Shown: one piece after another, positions 28,006 to 35,036 of the stretch
Numbering within the stretch: position 1 is the first letter of the stretch
Layout of the letters: the number at the start of each line of letters is the position of its first letter
From: an uncultured Gammaproteobacteria bacterium
GTDB taxonomy: Bacteria > Patescibacteriota > Microgenomatia > Levybacterales > GWA1-39-11
Reading direction: 5' to 3'
Assembly: GCA_964557125.1 (NCBI GenBank)
Contig: CAZKYX010000002.1
Coordinates: forward strand, 25,828-89,827
Length of the DNA stretch: 64,000 bases
Position numbers and translations under genes: made by a program
Notes under the pieces: generated by a model
What the model saw: the letters and a program-made list of their open reading frames with translations, nothing else
The model's database searches: none
Told to the model about the DNA's origin: nothing

Positions 28006-28803
28006 CTATATCGAGGGTATAGCTATAAACATTATATTATTTTGGTATTGTCCAGCTGCTTGTGAGCTTGATACGTTGGCTTTGTACGTAATTTGTGTTT
28101 GTCTCCCACGCCCAACATTAGTGCTGGACATAACGGTTTGGGATAGCTCAGCAGATTCACTTGAGGCAAACTGCTTATAAAAGGTTGAGGTCGCAAAGGC
28201 AGCAGGGCAGTCAGTACCGACAATATCATCGCATCGGTAGCCAAAGCCATAGGTAAGTGCACTAGTCCAAGCTGAGGCTGTTGTATGCGTGCAGGTTCCT
28301 GAATCACAGGTTGTATCAGGGATATCAACTCCGGTTGAATTCATTCTAAGCGGATGATTTTCATTTGCTAGAATTTGATAGCCAGCAGCAGAGCCGTTAT
28401 TTACCGTAAGGGTATTTGTGCGTGTGACTGGAGTGCCTGGAGCGAGTACCCCAAAATCAATAAATAACGACGATATTGAGAAGGCAAAGGCTATTCTGGA
28501 GTTAACATACTGAAACCCAGCTCTGACCGTGTAATTGGCCCCAGTATAGAGGCCTGGGGCTATTTGTCCAACGGTAATGCCAAGGCCATATTGAGAATTG
28601 GCGGCTTTTCCTGCAGCGGTATTCAAGTTCCCAAAGTGAATAGTGTAGTTACTGTTAGACATGGTCTCGGCATCAATAGTCCGAGCCCAAAATATCAAAA
28701 AAAGGGCAATGTTAAGCATTAAGAAAGGCAAAGAATATCGAGGTTTGAATATCGAATATCGTATATTGTATATTGATTGTAGGATAGTGAATTTTGAGTT
28801 CAT
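28006..28803 (-). CDS. Secreted beta-rich protein, WxL-like C-terminus (true start possibly the ATG at 28719)
   Basis: Signal-like MLNIALFLIFWARTIDA. C-terminal AGQYQNNIMFIAIPSI. The first 28 codons are read from a heptamer word array. Confidence 0.55.
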   Translation of the reverse strand: MNSKFTILQSIYNIRYSIFKPRYSLPFLMLNIALFLIFWARTIDAETMSNSNYTIHFGNLNTAAGKAANSQYGLGITVGQIAPGLYTGANYTVRAGFQYVNSRIAFAFSISSLFIDFGVLAPGTPVTRTNTLTVNNGSAAGYQILANENHPLRMNSTGVDIPDTTCDSGTCTHTTASAWTSALTYGFGYRCDDIVGTDCPAAFATSTFYKQFASSESAELSQTVMSSTNVGRGRQTQITYKANVSSSQAAGQYQNNIMFIAIPSI

Positions 28804-29177
28804 ATGAAGGATTTGGTTTTTTTGATTATTCCTTGAAGAAGTTTGGACACAATGATTTGCTGCTGAATAATTTCTTCATAGTCCTTTGAGCTTATATAAG
28901 TTAAATCTCTACATATTAGAAGCTGATTCTGGATTTCATTAACTGACCCGAAGGCTAGATAATAAAAGTAAACCTTGTCCTTATATGTTTTTCTGCCGAA
29001 ACCCTCAGCTATATTATTCGTAATAGATGTAACTGCGCGTTTCATTTGATCCGTTAATGAGTATAATTCTTCTTTAGGTAAGCTTCTGGTTAGCCTATAA
29101 ATCATTAATACAAGCGTGTGTCCCTCCTGCCAGACATGTAGGTCAGTGAAGGAAGATATGCTTTTCTTTACTTCCAT
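28800..29177 (-). CDS. Four-helix-bundle protein (23S rRNA intervening-sequence / Avd-like family)
   Basis: FTDLHVWQEGHTLVLMIYRLT...QMKRAVTSITNNIAEGFGR is typical of this family. Confidence 0.8.
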   Translation of the reverse strand: MEVKKSISSFTDLHVWQEGHTLVLMIYRLTRSLPKEELYSLTDQMKRAVTSITNNIAEGFGRKTYKDKVYFYYLAFGSVNEIQNQLLICRDLTYISSKDYEEIIQQQIIVSKLLQGIIKKTKSFI

Positions 29178-29200
29178 ATTCGATATTCAATATTCTAAAA

Positions 29201-29827
29201 TCACTTCTCTGCTTCATCATGCAGAGAAGAGGCTTCTTCGATGATTTCATCAATAGCTTCAATTTCTTCCTGTTCTCTCTGATTGCCATCTTCTCGCAGA
29301 GCTGTAGCTTCAGTGATAATATCATCTGTTTTAGCTTCAATTTTATCAGTCAACAAGCTTCTTCGCTCATACTCTCGGCCAAAAAAGTAGGCAATTGGGC
29401 CTATGAGGACAAGGGAGCCCAGCTTTATAAAGTTCTCAGTGGTTTTAGCTTCAAAAGCTTCCGGTATAAAGTAGAGTATAATCCCGAGAAGAAAAATGAG
29501 ACTTGAGGTAGGACGGGCGAGAAATGAGATGCCAAAGAGTACAAAGTAGAGAAAAAAGAAGAGCGGCGATGAAAGACCATTCGTTGAGCTCACAATCAGA
29601 AGAACAACGCTGACAAGCCCAAAAACCTCGGGCAGTGAGCCTGTGAAAAGTTGTTCCCGAGTTTTTGAGCGCTTGGTGAGCGTGATGTAGATAATAGAGA
29701 AAACGATAAGAATTGCTAGAATATAGCTTGAGTATTCAAGAAGCGGACTGTTGTTGATGATATATACCATCAAAACAGCTGAGAGGATAGTGATGGATTC
29801 GATGAGCATATATTTATCGTATACCAA
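29201..29827 (-). CDS. Membrane protein with acidic C-terminal tail (start TTG 29827 or ATG 29809)
   Basis: About 5 TM helices followed by an E/D-rich tail. Confidence 0.6.
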   Translation of the reverse strand: MVYDKYMLIESITILSAVLMVYIINNSPLLEYSSYILAILIVFSIIYITLTKRSKTREQLFTGSLPEVFGLVSVVLLIVSSTNGLSSPLFFFLYFVLFGISFLARPTSSLIFLLGIILYFIPEAFEAKTTENFIKLGSLVLIGPIAYFFGREYERRSLLTDKIEAKTDDIITEATALREDGNQREQEEIEAIDEIIEEASSLHDEAEK

Positions 29828-29850
29828 ATTGATTTATGCTTCAAGTTTGA

Positions 29851-29950
29851 TTTTTTTGTACTTTCGTTCCGTCGAAAGTACCAAAGCCTCTCGCCAAAGA
29901 GCGTTTTGAACGCTCATTTCTTCCATCACTCACTGAAAATCGGACTCATA
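29851..29950. repeat. Element E copy 2
   Basis: gtactttcgttccgtcgaaagtac hairpin at 29858-29881, followed by caaagcctct and cactcactgaaaatcggact. Homologous to 2362-2470. Confidence 0.7.
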
Positions 29951-30056
29951 CTTCATAAAATCAGTATTCGCCTGTCCATTTTCCGAGCGTTCATTCAGTC
30001 AGAATTTCGAGTTCAAATTCGCAATTGGCGATATACAAGGAGGATACTTATTCTTA

Positions 30057-30141
30057 GTCATGCTGAACTTGTTTCAGCATCTATATATGATCTTGAAATG
30101 AAAAGTTTCAAGACTCGTCAGCAGGAAGATTCAGAATGGCA
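30057..30141. repeat. GTCAT-capped composite palindromic element
   Basis: gtcatgctgaacttgtttcagcatc...gatcttgaaatgaaaagtttcaagac..cgtcagcag..gaatggca is co-linear with the element at 40937-41004. Confidence 0.65.
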
Positions 30142-30178
30142 ATTTTGAGGTAAATATAAAGATTTTAGAGTGTGGTGC

Positions 30179-30206
30179 CCCACCGTTCTGTAATAAGAAC
30201 GGTGGG
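30179..30206 (-). terminator. CCCACCGTT hairpin H1
   Basis: cccaccgttct / agaacggtggg 11-bp stem, 17 nt after the stop of 30223-30441. There is no clear U-tract. Confidence 0.5.
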
Positions 30207-30222
30207 ACGGGTACGTAGGATT

Positions 30223-30441
30223 TCAGGTGGGGAGAATTTTTTCTTCCTCAAGCCATCTGTCGATGGCTTTGGTTGCGGGTTCAAGAACAGAATCAAGTTC
30301 TGCCCAAGCATCACTTACAGCTTGAGCAGTAACTCTTGTAATTGCGACTTGGATCATGTGTTCCGCTTCAGCTTCATCCAGCTTTATGTGCGCCCGGACC
30401 ATTGCCTCTTCTGTGACCTTAACGTAATCTGGTTTTTCCAT
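30223..30441 (-). CDS. Hypothetical small protein (72 aa)
   Basis: GGAGAGG RBS and operon packing. Confidence 0.55.
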   Translation of the reverse strand: MEKPDYVKVTEEAMVRAHIKLDEAEAEHMIQVAITRVTAQAVSDAWAELDSVLEPATKAIDRWLEEEKILPT

Positions 30442-30479
30442 GTAACCTCTCCTTAGTTAGTCGGGTTTTCCTTTTTGAG

Positions 30480-30938
30480 TTAGAGCTTGGATTTCAGGTT
30501 CAACTTTGAGAAACCTTCTTCGGACATGCAAACATGGAGGGCATATAGCCATAACCAAGAAGAGCCGTCTACATACAGCCTTGGAAATTCCAAAACATCT
30601 TGGTCGGGAGTATCCATAAACCGTACTTTTTCAAGCGGGACTCCGGGCATATGAATGAGGATTTTCTTCCTCAAACCCGGTTCAAAGGAATTGACTTGAG
30701 GTTGTGGTTCTTTCAAGAAAAGCAGAAAGGCATATCTGCCAAAATAAAAGCCGTCCAGATGCGGACGACGATGGGTGCTTTTGACTTTTACCCCTTTTTC
30801 AGCTAAATCGGATACGAACACCTTGATATTCTTTCGGGCGTCCTCCTCGGTTGTATCAGGGATATCTGCTGTTCCGGGACTTAGGATAAGTATCCCGGAC
30901 TGGTTACCTTTCTTCAGTACTAAAACGTCTTTAGACAT
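30480..30938 (-). CDS. Hypothetical protein (152 aa)
   Basis: GAGGAA RBS. No motif recognised. Confidence 0.6.
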   Translation of the reverse strand: MSKDVLVLKKGNQSGILILSPGTADIPDTTEEDARKNIKVFVSDLAEKGVKVKSTHRRPHLDGFYFGRYAFLLFLKEPQPQVNSFEPGLRKKILIHMPGVPLEKVRFMDTPDQDVLEFPRLYVDGSSWLWLYALHVCMSEEGFSKLNLKSKL

Positions 30939-30961
30939 TGTTTCCTCGTGTTCTTCTGAAC

Positions 30962-31183
30962 TTAAGCGGCTCTTGCAGCTGCTTTCTTTTGGCGGCGATT
31001 GCGTCGCCAGTCACCAAAGCTCATATAGGCAATAAAGCCTGAGCTGGTGAGTGCGCTTACAAAAGTGCTTCCGAGTCCAGGGCCAATAAATGGAATCGGC
31101 CAGAGAAGTGCTTGAACACCCACGGTTACAACTGCAACCTTAGTGCTGAATTGCAGAGCCCCTTCGCCAAGCTTTTCTTTCAT
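30962..31183 (-). CDS. Small membrane protein (73 aa)
   Basis: AAGGAG RBS. Two hydrophobic segments and a basic tail. Confidence 0.55.
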   Translation of the reverse strand: MKEKLGEGALQFSTKVAVVTVGVQALLWPIPFIGPGLGSTFVSALTSSGFIAYMSFGDWRRNRRQKKAAARAA

Positions 31184-31227
31184 ACTTTCTCCTTAAAGCG
31201 TGTTTTTTGAACTCAATTGCTGGTTTA

Positions 31228-31437
31228 TCAGACAGTTGTAAAAACTGCCAGTATAACCCCGATGAGAAGAACTACTGCACTTGCCCAGAAGGCTTTAATT
31301 ATAAGGCGTCTGTGAGTTAGCTTGAGTCCGTCAGTTCTATGGAGAAGATATACCCATTTCTTGTATATAGGGTATCCTATGCTTAGAATCACACCGAGTG
31401 CTCCAGCTAGGATAAGTATACTAATCAGAATTTCCAC
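31228..31437 (-). CDS. Small membrane protein (69 aa, GTG start)
   Basis: AAGGAGAAAAG RBS and two TM helices. Confidence 0.55.
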   Translation of the reverse strand: MEILISILILAGALGVILSIGYPIYKKWVYLLHRTDGLKLTHRRLIIKAFWASAVVLLIGVILAVFTTV

Positions 31438-31592
31438 CTTTTCTCCTTTTTCCTACGTATGTTAAAGAGCTTCGCTTCTTTTGAAGCTATGCAAACCCTT
31501 CCGTAGCTTTTCAGCGTAGGAGGGTAAATGTACATCCAAGCTCAAAAGATACACAGCGAGTGCGTAGTTTCTAACTTAGATAGAATAGCGGA

Positions 31593-31601
31593 ATTATACC
31601 A
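31593..31601 (-). promoter_or_regulatory. TGGTATAAT extended -10 heading cassette 31437-30223
   Basis: Exact 9-mer on the minus strand. The downstream leader shares GCGAAGCTCTTT and ACGCACTYGCTGT blocks with other cassette leaders. Confidence 0.5.
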
Positions 31602-31614
31602 CGATTATACGAAA

Positions 31615-31672
31615 ATAAAAACTATGAGATATTAATAGCGTATAGTTAGGATAGGGCACAGGGTATAGTTTG
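31615..31672. repeat. Cassette junction repeat, short form
   Basis: aaaactatgagatattaatagcgtatagttaggatagggcacagggtatagtttgg is close to 33561-33622; identity about 85% by eye. Confidence 0.7.
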
Positions 31673-31696
31673 GAATTAAGGGGGGTGAGTTGGGAG

Positions 31697-31724
31697 CCCC
31701 ACCGTTCTTATTACAGAACGGTGG
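31697..31724 (-). terminator. CCCACCGTT hairpin H2 (inverted copy of H1)
   Basis: cccaccgttct-tattac-agaacggtggg, 27 nt after the stop of 31751-32113. Confidence 0.5.
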
Positions 31725-31750
31725 GACAAATTGTTGAAATTACGTAGGTC

Positions 31751-32113
31751 TTAAGCTGGGACCGCCCGTTTGAGCTTGAGCTCCTCAGCTTCGGTTGTAA
31801 TGACCTCAAGAACACACGTGTTCTTTTGGAAATACACATGACTGGTTCTCCCATGTCTGTGTATGCACATGACAGCCGGCTTGTTGATGTAGGCCTCAAA
31901 AGGCCTGCCCGACTTGTCCATGTATGTACAGGAGATGAGTTCAAACTTCCCACGAATCCTTTCGAATTCGTCAGAAGAGATCGCAATCCTGATATTGGGC
32001 AGCCGGATGTCATACCAGAAGTTTCCTTCTGTTTCGCAGCCGATTGGCCCGATGGCGAAGAGGAAATCTTCTTGGTTAACAATAAGACAACCACCGATAC
32101 TAACTGGATTCAT
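31751..32113 (-). CDS. Hypothetical protein (120 aa)
   Basis: The ATG at 32113 has a GGGAGGAAG RBS. The longer ORF-track start would overlap the upstream gene. Confidence 0.55.
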   Translation of the reverse strand: MNPVSIGGCLIVNQEDFLFAIGPIGCETEGNFWYDIRLPNIRIAISSDEFERIRGKFELISCTYMDKSGRPFEAYINKPAVMCIHRHGRTSHVYFQKNTCVLEVITTEAEELKLKRAVPA

Positions 32114-32123
32114 CTCTTCCTCC

Positions 32124-32414
32124 CTAGTTTTGAACTGGTACGTGCGGGATTGGCTTGAGAGCATTTGTATCTGCCTCACTCCAATTTCCGTCGGTGAGAT
32201 TGTTCAGAATGATTTCTGACTCAGTGATTTTGTAGTTTGCCGCTGCAAGCAGGCTCTGATGCTTCTGGATTTCTCCTTGCGCGTCGTACTGACGCAAAAG
32301 TGCTTCGGCAAGTCTGCCTTTTTCAGCTTGAATTCTGGCTGCAAGGTCGTTTGCCATTTCCATGAGCCTGTCCATCCTTTCGTCTTTGGGTTCAGGATAG
32401 GGTAGAATACTCAT
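32124..32414 (-). CDS. Hypothetical coiled-coil protein (96 aa)
   Basis: Operon packing and heptad-like sequence. Confidence 0.5.
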   Translation of the reverse strand: MSILPYPEPKDERMDRLMEMANDLAARIQAEKGRLAEALLRQYDAQGEIQKHQSLLAAANYKITESEIILNNLTDGNWSEADTNALKPIPHVPVQN

Positions 32415-32485
32415 TTAGTTTCACCTTTCTTTACCGTGCCATTCTTTTCAGGCCGTCGGTGCTCGTTTTCCACGATGCTTCTCAT

Positions 32486-32824
32486 TTAGAAAATCTGCGG
32501 ATTTAATCTGCGTATTTCTTGCAGTTCAGCTTCACAGAAAGCGTAATATGTGTTTGTTACCGATTGGTAGTAGTTTGCATATGCATTCAGTTGAAGACGA
32601 AGAGCTAGTTTTTTTGCAGCCCATGAGGTGACGATATGTTCTTTCCAGAAGGAATGGACAATCGGTAATGAGCGCCAAAAACCTGGCTTTGCCAATTTTT
32701 CGTTGAGTTCCATATCACTTTTATGTGACTCCTCATAAAACTCGACAAGGAATCTGCGAGTTCTTATATCAACATCCAGTTTTTCTTTGAGAATTCGTTC
32801 GCGCATAGAAATGTCACTTGTCAT
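32486..32824 (-). CDS. Hypothetical protein (112 aa)
   Basis: The ATG at 32824 has an AAAGGAG RBS that overlaps the kinase stop. Confidence 0.55.
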   Translation of the reverse strand: MTSDISMRERILKEKLDVDIRTRRFLVEFYEESHKSDMELNEKLAKPGFWRSLPIVHSFWKEHIVTSWAAKKLALRLQLNAYANYYQSVTNTYYAFCEAELQEIRRLNPQIF

Positions 32825-32834
32825 TTTTTCTCCT

Positions 32835-33251
32835 TTACCCAAGAACCGTTTGGAGGGTAAGAGTTTGCATCTTTGCCCTCATCGAATCGAGTTTGTATTG
32901 GGGCACGTTATGAGTGCTCTGGAAATTGCCGGTTGTGCGGACAAATCCAATTTCAATGCCCATCGTTACGGCGTGATGCACGTAGCGAGAGCATTCCCAA
33001 GTCTCAATGTTGGTGTTATCAACGATGACAGTCTTGCCTTCGTTGAGCAAATCCTTGGCGCGTTCCAGATTCAGCCCATGATATGCACGAAGCATGTCAG
33101 GGTTGAATTTGTAAACACCTCCGACCATAAAATAGTCGTCGGTGGAGCAGATGACGGCATTTTCGCCGATCTCATCCTTGAGCTCTTTTGCGCGCGTGCT
33201 TTTGCCGGATCCCGGAAGACCTTGCATGATGATAAGCTTCTGATTTGCCAA
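32835..33251 (-). CDS. P-loop NTPase/kinase (AAA_33 / polynucleotide-kinase-like), TTG start
   Basis: Walker A GLPGSGKST, then VIVDNTN. GGAG RBS before the TTG. Confidence 0.7.
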   Translation of the reverse strand: MANQKLIIMQGLPGSGKSTRAKELKDEIGENAVICSTDDYFMVGGVYKFNPDMLRAYHGLNLERAKDLLNEGKTVIVDNTNIETWECSRYVHHAVTMGIEIGFVRTTGNFQSTHNVPQYKLDSMRAKMQTLTLQTVLG

Positions 33252-33528
33252 TTTCTCCTGCCTTTCTTATGACCAGTGAAGGACTTCCTTGAACTTACGC
33301 ATACGCACAGGGTAGGGAGGAACTTCATGGTTTCCTTTCAGTTGTTTTGGTTCGGGTTTCCCCAAACCTTGACCTACGTTGCCCCGCACCACAAGGGTGC
33401 AGGACTATTTCAAAGAACCCTCTTTCGCTTAAGCTTCAGAAGGGCATGCTACCCAAAAGAGTTTAGCGATAGAGTTTTCTGCTCCCTCCATAACACAGCA
33501 AGTGCGTTAATTTAGGCACAGAATTAAT
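33252..33528 (-). promoter_or_regulatory. Long conserved 5' leader (copy B) of the kinase operon; candidate structured cis-regulatory RNA
   Basis: -10 TATAAT at 33535-33540 on the minus strand. 29-nt core GCCCTTCTGAAGCTTAAGCGAAAGAGGGT at 33417-33445. AGGTCAAGGTT plus a hairpin at 33349-33375. Confidence 0.5.
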
Positions 33529-33560
33529 AAGGCAATTATATCACGAAAGTGGGGTAAAAT

Positions 33561-33622
33561 CAAAAAACTATAAGACGTTAATAGCGTGAAGTTAGGACAG
33601 GGTACAGCGTACAGTTTTGAAC
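33561..33622. repeat. Cassette junction repeat, short form
   Basis: caaaaaactataagacgttaatagcgtgaagttaggacagggtacagcgtacagttttgaac. Confidence 0.7.
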
Positions 33623-33635
33623 TTGGGAAAACGAA

Positions 33636-33899
33636 TTATGAATTAGGGAAAAGTATTTTCCGGCCCGCCTCTTCATTTGAAGGGCGTGGCCGGAAGAGTG
33701 GAGTACGTATATGAGGCTCCTCAGCCTCAAAGTTGGTGCGGCGGTCGTGCTGCTTGACCTTTTCGCGCGCGATGTTGCGGGCGAGCTTCTTGATGCGGTT
33801 CCAGCTGCCGTTGCAGCAGCAGGGGCACCCGTAGGGACCCAGCTTGCGCCCAGTGCCATTCCCGAAGAACGGCTTCTGGTGATACCGGAACAAGTCCAA
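33636..33899 (-). CDS. Small basic Cys-rich protein (87 aa, TTG start) in a ~60% GC patch
   Basis: GGAG RBS and GPYGCPCCCNGSW. Three other overlapping ORFs exist in this patch, so the frame choice is tentative. The 3' end runs through the hairpin at 33660-33693. Confidence 0.4.
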   Translation of the reverse strand: MDLFRYHQKPFFGNGTGRKLGPYGCPCCCNGSWNRIKKLARNIAREKVKQHDRRTNFEAEEPHIRTPLFRPRPSNEEAGRKILFPNS

Positions 33900-34106
33900 C
33901 TGTATACTCCAATTGTCAATGTGATTGGCCTCAAAGATACTGCTTATATATCAGTGAGACAAACCCACGTGAATTATACAGAAAAAGAGTTGGAAATTCA
34001 ATACTATAAGATTAGGTTGCAGGTTACAGGTTACAGATTTCGGGTTTTAGGGAAATTTAAACAGCTAAATAACTAATAACTAATCACGAATAACAAATTT
34101 GTAGGT

Positions 34107-34135
34107 GTGCCCTGAGTGTTTTAAGCTCAGGGCAC
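34107..34135 (-). terminator. Hairpin after 34157-34498
   Basis: gtgccctgag / ctcagggcac 10-bp stem. Confidence 0.45.
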
Positions 34136-34156
34136 GATGTATTGGGTAGGAAAAGA

Positions 34157-34498
34157 TTAAGTGCTGATATCGATGTCTGAAAGACCCTCGGCGAGTGCGC
34201 CTAGGACTTCTCCGCTAGCTTCGGCTAGAGCTCCGGCAACGTCTCCAGCTCCCTCAAGGAGCTCTGGTAGGACTTGCCCTACTGCTCCAGCTCCATTGAC
34301 AAGAGCACCTCCCACGGCCTTTGCCCCTTCAAGGACAAGATGGGGCGGAATTGAGGTGATAAGCTCTTCAACAAGATCCGGTGAGGTTGCCATTACCTCA
34401 AATACGCCTTGGGTGGCTGCACCAACTTGATTGGCAATGCCTCCCAGAGCATTTGCAGCGGTGTTTTGGGCTCGTTTTCGCCTGTTAACTGGTTCCAC
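34157..34498 (-). CDS. Gly/Ala-rich hypothetical protein (113 aa, GTG start)
   Basis: TAGTG stop/start overlap with the upstream ORF. Confidence 0.5.
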   Translation of the reverse strand: MEPVNRRKRAQNTAANALGGIANQVGAATQGVFEVMATSPDLVEELITSIPPHLVLEGAKAVGGALVNGAGAVGQVLPELLEGAGDVAGALAEASGEVLGALAEGLSDIDIST

Positions 34499-34716
34499 TA
34501 ATTTTTCTCCTCGTAAATGTCCCCAACAATGTATTTTTTGTTGGTTGGATTTTCTTTGACTTTGTATGTCTGGCGATGCTCATGAGATACAAATTCCGCT
34601 ATCCTTTCCTCTGCCTCCTCACGAGAATTGTGTATGGATGCCACATAGGTGGTCGAATGCGCGTCAGTTCTCAGAACCAGATAGTTTATTTTTTCCCTTT
34701 CCCTTTTAATGTGCAT
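34498..34716 (-). CDS. Hypothetical small protein (72 aa)
   Basis: AGGAAGG RBS. TGGTATAAT at 34825-34833 (minus strand) lies upstream. Confidence 0.5.
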   Translation of the reverse strand: MHIKREREKINYLVLRTDAHSTTYVASIHNSREEAEERIAEFVSHEHRQTYKVKENPTNKKYIVGDIYEEKN

Positions 34717-35036
34717 GCCTTCCTACTTGTACTTGTCAATAAAGACCAAGACGAGTTAAGGCGGGCTAACTAAAACCCAAATTACGCGTGCTTTTGTACG
34801 TAAGTAGAGCTTAGCAGATAAGGGATTATACCATATTAAGCCTATAGCATATAAGGTTATAGCTTACAGGTTACAGGATGCGGATGAGTTTGGTAAATAT
34901 ATTAATTTATTAGCTAAAACCTAAAACCCGAAACCTAAAACCTCATTCAAAAAATTACGTGATATGAATCTACGGGAGCTATTTGATAGAATAGGGATGG
35001 ATAATAAATAGCTAAATAGTTAATAGCTAATAGTTT

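Noticed and set aside
28800-29177. The Avd-like gene as evidence for a diversity-generating retroelement.
   Set aside because: No reverse transcriptase ORF and no template/variable repeat pair with adenine-specific mismatches is visible in the window. This family also occurs as stand-alone selfish genes.
33071-33328. An 85-aa ORF starting in leader B and overlapping the kinase gene out of frame.
   Set aside because: Most of it overlaps a motif-supported P-loop ORF. At most, its first codons could act as a leader peptide.
33578-34076. Three alternative overlapping ORFs (33578-33934, 33711-34076, 33727-33912) in the 60% GC patch.
   Set aside because: High GC leaves several frames open. Only 33636-33899 has a GGAG RBS and fits the promoter and hairpin layout. 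Even that call is tentative.
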